Origin: an uncultured Spartobacteria bacterium
Lineage (GTDB): Bacteria > Verrucomicrobiota > Verrucomicrobiia > Chthoniobacterales > Chthoniobacteraceae
Assembly (NCBI GenBank): GCA_903916085.1
Contig: CAIWVL010000043.1
Location: 1 to 50,251 of the forward strand
Reading direction: 5' to 3'
DNA length: 50,251 bases
Shown: piece after piece, positions 45,451 through 50,251 of the stretch
How the letters are laid out: each line of letters begins with the position of its first letter
Numbering within the stretch: position 1 is the first letter of the stretch
Translations under genes and position numbers: made by a program
Notes under the pieces: model-generated
What the model saw: the letters and a program-made list of their open reading frames with translations, nothing else
Databases searched by the model: none
Told to the model about the DNA's origin: nothing

Positions 45451-45480
45451 AATACTCCCCAATACTCCCCAATACTCCCC
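45451..45480. repeat. perfect 10-bp x 3 tandem repeat (AATACTCCCC) in the DUF1592-DUF1552 spacer
   Basis: Read directly from the sequence: ACCCCCCCCC-AATACTCCCC-AATACTCCCC-AATACTCCCC-AGTTCCC-ATG. It is flanked on both sides by CCCAGTT. Confidence 0.95.
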
Positions 45481-45487
45481 AGTTCCC

Positions 45488-46879
45488 ATGAGCAACATCC
45501 TCTCCCAGCGCTGGCTCCTGAACCGCCGCCACTTTTTGCGCGGCCTTGGTGCGACCGTCGCCCTCCCCTTTCTGGATGCGATGCGCCCACTGCGTGCCGC
45601 CGCCGCTACGGATAAACCCCGGCGCAGTGTCTTCATCTACATTCCCAATGGCGTCAATGGGTTAAGTTGGCAGATTCCAAAAGCCGGACGCGACTTTGAA
45701 TTCTCCGAAGCGCTGGCCCCGCTCGCAAAACATCGCGAACAGCTGACCGTGTTCAGCGGCCTGCATCATCCAAACGGGATGGGATCGGCGCACGTCTGCG
45801 CGGATTTATGGCTTACAGGCGCAAAGCTCGACACCAACCAGCGCAGCGTGCGCAACAGCGTGTCGTGCGACCAGCTCATGGCGGAAGTCACCTCGCTGCA
45901 CACCCGCTTTGGTTCGCTCGAACTGTCTGTGGACGCTGGAGTGGGACAACCCAACGCCTCAAACACGCTGGCATTTTCCCGCGACGGAGTGGCACTCCCC
46001 GCCGAAGAAAACGCGCGCGCCGTTTTCCAGAGGCTCTTCGGAGTGGAACCCGGCGGCGCAAAGGCGGAGGCGGACCGTCTCAAAACCAACCGGAGTGTAC
46101 TCGACCTCGTGCTTGAGGAAGCGAAGTCGCTGCGTCGTAATTTGGGGGGAGAGGATCGCTCCAAGCTGGACGAATACCTGCACGCAGTTCGCGATGTGGA
46201 GCAACGCACAGAGCGCTTGGAGTCTTGGCTAGACGTGCCGAAGCCAGTGCTCGGCAAGGGTGAAACAGAGCATTTTCAACGCAACGTCTCTAAGTCGCAG
46301 GCGGGCGACTATTACCGCACCATGTACGACATCATCGTGCTTGCCCTGCGCACGGACACGACCCGCGTGGTGACCTACATGAGCGGCAGCGAACGCAATG
46401 GACTGGCCATTCCAGAAATTGGCATCACTCAAACGCGCCACCAGCTTTCGCATCACAATGGGGACGTGGATATTCTAGCGCGGCTGACCAAGAGCGACGT
46501 GTTCTTTATGCAACAGCTGTCTTACTTTTTGGAACAACTCCAAACGGTGAAAGACGGCGACGAACCGCTTCTGGATCGCACGATGGTTCTCACTGGAAGC
46601 GGCATGAGCTACGGCCACAGCCATTCCAACGCGAACCTGCCCATCGTTCTAGCGGGTGGACGCGGTCTCGGTTTGAAGCACGGGCAGCACATCGACTACA
46701 ACCGCCCCCATTTGAAGGACGACTACAAGCTCGACTACGACGAATGGCGCAACCTCAGCGGCTCACCCAAGGACGGCAATGCACGCTTGAGCAACCTCAT
46801 GCTCACGATGCTCCAGAAAATGGACGTCCATACCGAACGCTTCGTGGACAGCCTCGGACCCGTTTCTGAAATTGTCTAA
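45488..46879 (+). CDS. DUF1552 (HXXSHH) domain protein with Tat-like signal
   Basis: 463 aa. The N-terminus RWLLNRRHFLRGLGATVALPFLDAM is the family-typical twin-arginine-like leader. The HQLSHH motif is at 46439-46456. It is the usual partner of DUF1592-type genes. Confidence 0.9.
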   Translation: MSNILSQRWLLNRRHFLRGLGATVALPFLDAMRPLRAAAATDKPRRSVFIYIPNGVNGLSWQIPKAGRDFEFSEALAPLAKHREQLTVFSGLHHPNGMGSAHVCADLWLTGAKLDTNQRSVRNSVSCDQLMAEVTSLHTRFGSLELSVDAGVGQPNASNTLAFSRDGVALPAEENARAVFQRLFGVEPGGAKAEADRLKTNRSVLDLVLEEAKSLRRNLGGEDRSKLDEYLHAVRDVEQRTERLESWLDVPKPVLGKGETEHFQRNVSKSQAGDYYRTMYDIIVLALRTDTTRVVTYMSGSERNGLAIPEIGITQTRHQLSHHNGDVDILARLTKSDVFFMQQLSYFLEQLQTVKDGDEPLLDRTMVLTGSGMSYGHSHSNANLPIVLAGGRGLGLKHGQHIDYNRPHLKDDYKLDYDEWRNLSGSPKDGNARLSNLMLTMLQKMDVHTERFVDSLGPVSEIV

Positions 46880-46903
46880 CCCAATAATGCCCAGGGCTTT
46901 CTC

Positions 46904-48814
46904 ATGAGCTTCCGCGTACGCATTCTCCTCCTTTGCTCGTCCTTTGTCACTCCGGTCCTCACAGTTGCGGCGGAGCCGAAGGTTGACGCCCGTTATCCTT
47001 TCCGTACCGACTTCGCCAACGCCGAGCAGCCCTGGTACCAACTCAAACCCGTCGAGTTCCCGCCGTATCACTCCGATCACCGCGTGGGCGGTGAACTCGT
47101 AGCAGCCGATTTCCTGCATCGCTCCGGCGTCTTGCGGACCAACGGTACTGGAGAGCTTGTGCACTTCACGTTGCCTCCCTTTGGCACGGTGCATTACCTG
47201 AATGCACCCGCCGATCTGCGCGACATCCCGCTAGGGACGGGGTTGCTCTTCTTTCTCCATCAGGATGCGAATGGCACCTTTACCAAGGCTGCCACCATGC
47301 AGGACGACTTCACGATGACGGCCAACCACCATGCTCAGTACCGACTGGATGGAATCCATTTGAGCGAGGGTAAGCTCGTCGTGACACGCCAAAAGCTGCC
47401 CGCCAAAGAAGCCGAACCGCAAAGCAAAGAGTGGCGAGTCAACGCAGAAACGCGCGTGTGGAAGGGAGAGAAGCAGGTGCCATTAAGCGAACTCGCAGTG
47501 GGCGATGAGTTGCTTGCCAACTTCACATGGAACGCTCCCCAGCAACCCCGCCAATGCACCGACATCTGGGTCGGCACCGATACACACGAGGCCACCACGA
47601 AGCGCCAACGTGAAAAACACGCCGCATTCACCAAAATGCGTGGTCTTCCTGCGTGGATCAGCCGGGTTGAAGGCAAACAGATCGTCGTCGATCTTCTCGC
47701 CAGCGATGAGCCCGCCGACCGGCAAGATTTGAGTGCCCTCATCACCGCCGAGTTTCCGGTCGGCAAGCCACTCAAGGTCGCCGTCGCCAACGACGAACTC
47801 CGCAGCTACTGGCCGCCCGTGGACGGAAAACGCGCAGACTTAATCAAAATCGAGAACACGCCCGGTGGCGTTTATGGGTCCGGAGGCCTGCGCCTTACGC
47901 TGGAGCCTGTTCTCCTACTGGAAGGCTTTCGCAAAGGACGTACCGTGCGCTTGTTCACGGAAAAATGGCCCATTGCAGAAATGCCTCTTGGCGAGGGACT
48001 ACAAGTTGAAATGACTTCCAGCGAAGTCAATGAACTGGAACCAAAGGAGTATCCGGCGCAGTTCCCTTACCGTACCGACTATGGAAACACGGAGCTACCT
48101 TGGTACAAACTTGTGGATGGCGAAATCCCACCACGTTGGTCTGAACACCGTGTGTATGGAGAACTCATTCAGGTAGATACCGCCCTTAAAAAAGGTCAGT
48201 TCCGCGCCGATCGTACGGGCGCTGTGGTGGATTTTACGCTGACGAACGCAGGTGCCCTTGTGTACGTGAACACCAACAAACCGGACAACACAGGGCCTGT
48301 GCGCTGGGACAGCATGCAAGCGTCCGTGATGTGTCTGAATGTGCCGTCGACCTTGGAAGATTTATCCCCAGGAACGCGCTACTGCTTTCATCTTTATCAG
48401 GATGAAAAAGGAGAGTTCACGCAAGCGAGCCTCATTAGCGACGAGTTCAGTGCGATGTCTGTTAACAAAGTGAAGTGGCGTGTTGAGGCGCTGCGCACAG
48501 CGGAAGGGCGGATGGAAGTTTCGCGCCGACTTCCACCACGGAAACAGATGCGCCTGAGCGGTTACGATCAACCGCCGGACACGGGCCACGCGGTATTGGG
48601 CGTGGATGGGACAACCCGTGTGTGGAAGGGTGGCCAACAAGTGGGCCTAGCGGGGCTCGCGGTAGGCGACGAGTTGCTCGTGAACCTGAGCGGCGAAACC
48701 GCCACAACGCTGTCCCGGTGCCTCGACATCTGGGTGGGCGAGGAAACGCACGCGCAAGTGAGCGAGACGCAGCGGAAAAAGGCCGAGGCGCGCTTGAAGA
48801 CGCAGGCGAAGTGA
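46904..48814 (+). CDS. secreted hypothetical protein with internal duplication
   Basis: 636 aa, starting 24 nt after the DUF1552 stop. It has a signal peptide (MSFRVRILLLCSSFVTPVLTVAA|EP). Two homologous ~200-230-aa modules are separated by a ~150-aa middle region. I recognise no family. Confidence 0.75.
   Translation: MSFRVRILLLCSSFVTPVLTVAAEPKVDARYPFRTDFANAEQPWYQLKPVEFPPYHSDHRVGGELVAADFLHRSGVLRTNGTGELVHFTLPPFGTVHYLNAPADLRDIPLGTGLLFFLHQDANGTFTKAATMQDDFTMTANHHAQYRLDGIHLSEGKLVVTRQKLPAKEAEPQSKEWRVNAETRVWKGEKQVPLSELAVGDELLANFTWNAPQQPRQCTDIWVGTDTHEATTKRQREKHAAFTKMRGLPAWISRVEGKQIVVDLLASDEPADRQDLSALITAEFPVGKPLKVAVANDELRSYWPPVDGKRADLIKIENTPGGVYGSGGLRLTLEPVLLLEGFRKGRTVRLFTEKWPIAEMPLGEGLQVEMTSSEVNELEPKEYPAQFPYRTDYGNTELPWYKLVDGEIPPRWSEHRVYGELIQVDTALKKGQFRADRTGAVVDFTLTNAGALVYVNTNKPDNTGPVRWDSMQASVMCLNVPSTLEDLSPGTRYCFHLYQDEKGEFTQASLISDEFSAMSVNKVKWRVEALRTAEGRMEVSRRLPPRKQMRLSGYDQPPDTGHAVLGVDGTTRVWKGGQQVGLAGLAVGDELLVNLSGETATTLSRCLDIWVGEETHAQVSETQRKKAEARLKTQAK
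46985..47593 (+). repeat. duplicated module, copy 1
   Basis: DARYPFRTDFANAEQPWYQLKPVEFPPYHSDHRVGGELV...LFFLHQDANGTFTKA...RVWKGEKQVPLSELAVGDELLANF...CTDIWVGTDTHEA. Confidence 0.7.
48053..48754 (+). repeat. duplicated module, copy 2
   Basis: PAQFPYRTDYGNTELPWYKLVDGEIPPRWSEHRVYGELI...CFHLYQDEKGEFTQA...RVWKGGQQVGLAGLAVGDELLVNL...CLDIWVGEETHA. Confidence 0.7.
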
Positions 48815-48871
48815 GTTTGAAGGGGCGTTTGTTTGCGTATGGGGCAGTCCGTCGGTGACCCAAGCTGTGCC

Positions 48872-48964
48872 CCGGGATGAACCCGAAGGGTTCACAGCAG
48901 GTGGTTGAGCGACAGCGACACCACCGAAATACCACACAAACACGCATGCACCCCGGCGGGGTGC
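48872..48964 (-). repeat. composite intergenic repeat, copy C (reverse orientation)
   Basis: The - strand reads GCACCCCGCCGGGGTGC-ATGCGTGTTTGTGTGGTATT-TCGGTGGTGTCGCTGTCGCTCAACCACCTGC-TGTGAACCCTTCGGGTTCA. The core is at 48897-48927. An extra perfect 7-bp hairpin TGAACCC/GGGTTCA lies at 48878-48894. Confidence 0.7.
48948..48964 (-). terminator. terminator candidate after the second autotransporter gene
   Basis: GCACCCC / GGGGTGC form a 7-bp stem with a 3-nt loop, 23 nt after the stop at 48988. On the - strand it is followed by the U/G-rich AUGCGUGUUUGUGUGGUAUUU. It is also the first part of repeat copy C. Confidence 0.4.
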
Positions 48965-48987
48965 CAGCAACGCATCTCGCGCCGCTC

Positions 48988-50251
48988 TTAGAACCCGATC
49001 GTGAACGTCACTCCACCGCGCAACACCTTCGTGTTGTTGAGGTACTCCTGCTCTCCGTACAACCGTAGCGTACGCCGGTCGCCCAACCCAATTTCCACCG
49101 AAGCACCCACCTTCAACGTATCTGGCGTCCGACTTTCGCTACTGATACTCCACGGCGTTTGCTCGGCACCCTGCCAGCGCACTCCCAACCGGCGAGGATC
49201 TGCCGCAAAGTCATGCACCCAGGCGACGCTGCCAGCCGTGCGCACAGGCACCGCGCCCACGTGATCTTCCCGCGCCAATTCAAGGCCGCTACGCAACAGG
49301 ACCGTTCCGTTCCACTTCGCATCCGACTTCACCCCGAGAGAACCTGCGCCCTGTTCGATGCCACCGTCCTGATGCACTCCGGCGTAAGCCAACCGTACAC
49401 TTGGTATCAGACTCCACTTGCTGCCAACGGGAGCAACCTGCGCACCGAAACCAACCTGTAACATCCATTCTTGATCCAACATTTTACTCCGGCCCGACAA
49501 TGTGCCCGTGGGCAGGAACTGCGTGCGTTTAATCACGTTCTCAGCCTCGCCGTAGAACAACGCAGTATCGGCGAATAGCCGACCCACCACTGGGGTGCTC
49601 ATGTACAAACCAAGATGCCAGCTATCAGACTTGATCGTGGAACCAGGCAGATTGATCTGCGTGTTGCTTGTGCCTGCAGCGCCCATCAGCCCGAGAGTCA
49701 CCACGCCAAGTCGACGTTCGACGCTCGTCACATCTCCCTGCGAACTAAGCGAAGAACCGCCTTCGCCCAAGCCAAGATTAGCCTGACGCGAGCTTGAACT
49801 GCCATACACGTTGGTCCACGCGGTCCATTCGCTGCCCTGACCGGTCGAGATCGAAAGCACCTCGGCCTCGCCCGGCGTGCTCACCGATGCTCCCAACAGG
49901 TTCAGACGATCGGAAACCGTCTTCTGGACATCCTGGAGTCGGCTCAACGCCTGCGAATACACCTCGGCATACGCCTTCGGATTAAGCTGATCCAACACAG
50001 CGCGCACTTCTGCCACCGTGGAGAGCGTATCCGTCACATCAAGCAGATAACCCATTGCATAGTCCGTCGTGCCGAGAGCCAAATCGAGGCCGTGGCCGAC
50101 TTCACCCCGCACCCCTACCCCACCGAGCGTCTGGTAAGCCACGCGCTGTACCGACAGTTGAACGGTGTCGGACACGGTGGCGAGGTTCGGAGCGAGCCAC
50201 AGGGTGCCACCATTAAAGTACTGCAAGCTCGAGCGCAAAGCGGCCGTCGAG
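48988..50251 (-). CDS. autotransporter (C-terminal part; gene continues beyond the window edge)
   Basis: The reading frame is open to position 50251. The track's M at 50238 is a TTG inside ...STAALRSSLQYF.... The C-terminal beta-barrel (WTAWTNVYGSSSS... to ...RGGVTFTIGF, terminal Phe) is collinear with the barrel of the giant autotransporter. Confidence 0.85.
   Translation of the reverse strand, partial: STAALRSSLQYFNGGTLWLAPNLATVSDTVQLSVQRVAYQTLGGVGVRGEVGHGLDLALGTTDYAMGYLLDVTDTLSTVAEVRAVLDQLNPKAYAEVYSQALSRLQDVQKTVSDRLNLLGASVSTPGEAEVLSISTGQGSEWTAWTNVYGSSSSRQANLGLGEGGSSLSSQGDVTSVERRLGVVTLGLMGAAGTSNTQINLPGSTIKSDSWHLGLYMSTPVVGRLFADTALFYGEAENVIKRTQFLPTGTLSGRSKMLDQEWMLQVGFGAQVAPVGSKWSLIPSVRLAYAGVHQDGGIEQGAGSLGVKSDAKWNGTVLLRSGLELAREDHVGAVPVRTAGSVAWVHDFAADPRRLGVRWQGAEQTPWSISSESRTPDTLKVGASVEIGLGDRRTLRLYGEQEYLNNTKVLRGGVTFTIGF

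Noticed and set aside
45451-45480. I checked the tandem repeats, and the periodic DNA in the giant genes, as a possible CRISPR array.
   Set aside because: The repeat is only three abutting 10-bp units with no spacers. The other periodic sequences are in-frame coding repeats, and there are no cas genes.
43665-45590. Minus-strand ORFs 43665-44258 (197 aa) and 44925-45590 (221 aa) overlapping the DUF1592 gene and the spacer.
   Set aside because: They are antisense to a gene with strong family signatures. The second ORF runs straight through the 10-bp tandem repeat and the DUF1552 start. Both have arginine/glycine-rich compositions typical of spurious GC-rich frames.

Overview
Visibly GC-rich bacterial chromosomal window. 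It looks most like a Verrucomicrobiota / PVC-superphylum genome: it has a giant autotransporter built from autotransporter-associated beta-strand (PATR) repeats, a DUF1592-type + DUF1552 (HXXSHH) gene pair, an NHL/Ig giant surface protein, and mostly Shine-Dalgarno-less starts. I call 18 protein-coding genes, one of which runs off the right edge. I saw no rRNA, tRNA, CRISPR array, transposase or integrase. By my coordinates about 31.8 kb of 50.25 kb (~63%) encodes five large exported proteins. These are a 2,908-aa NHL/Ig/novel-repeat protein (5935-14661), a 5,257-aa classical autotransporter (16905-32678), two tandem paralogous membrane-anchored metzincin-like proteases (36001-38952, 39281-42346) and the C-terminal part of a second autotransporter (48988-50251). 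Housekeeping genes fill the gaps: Gfo/Idh/MocA oxidoreductase, amidohydrolase, DD-carboxypeptidase, two MBL-fold hydrolases, MFS transporter, htpG, L,D-transpeptidase, CoaB-like ligase and 5-formyl-THF cyclo-ligase. Most worth a second look: (1) a ~198-nt non-coding element at 42546-42743 that folds into a long closing helix, a 16x16-nt central bubble and a terminal hairpin, which is 6S-RNA-like architecture, although a MITE is the alternative. (2) A three-copy composite intergenic repeat with a near-identical 31-nt hairpin core (16757-16848, 39052-39133, 48872-48964). (3) Eleven tandem ~70-aa repeats of no family I recognise, inserted between blades 3 and 4 of an apparent six-bladed NHL propeller. 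(4) A DUF1592 / DUF1552 / internally duplicated secreted protein three-gene unit of unknown function. (5) The nested segmental duplications inside the 15.8-kb autotransporter gene. All domain boundaries inside the giant genes are approximate and were read by eye from the translations.
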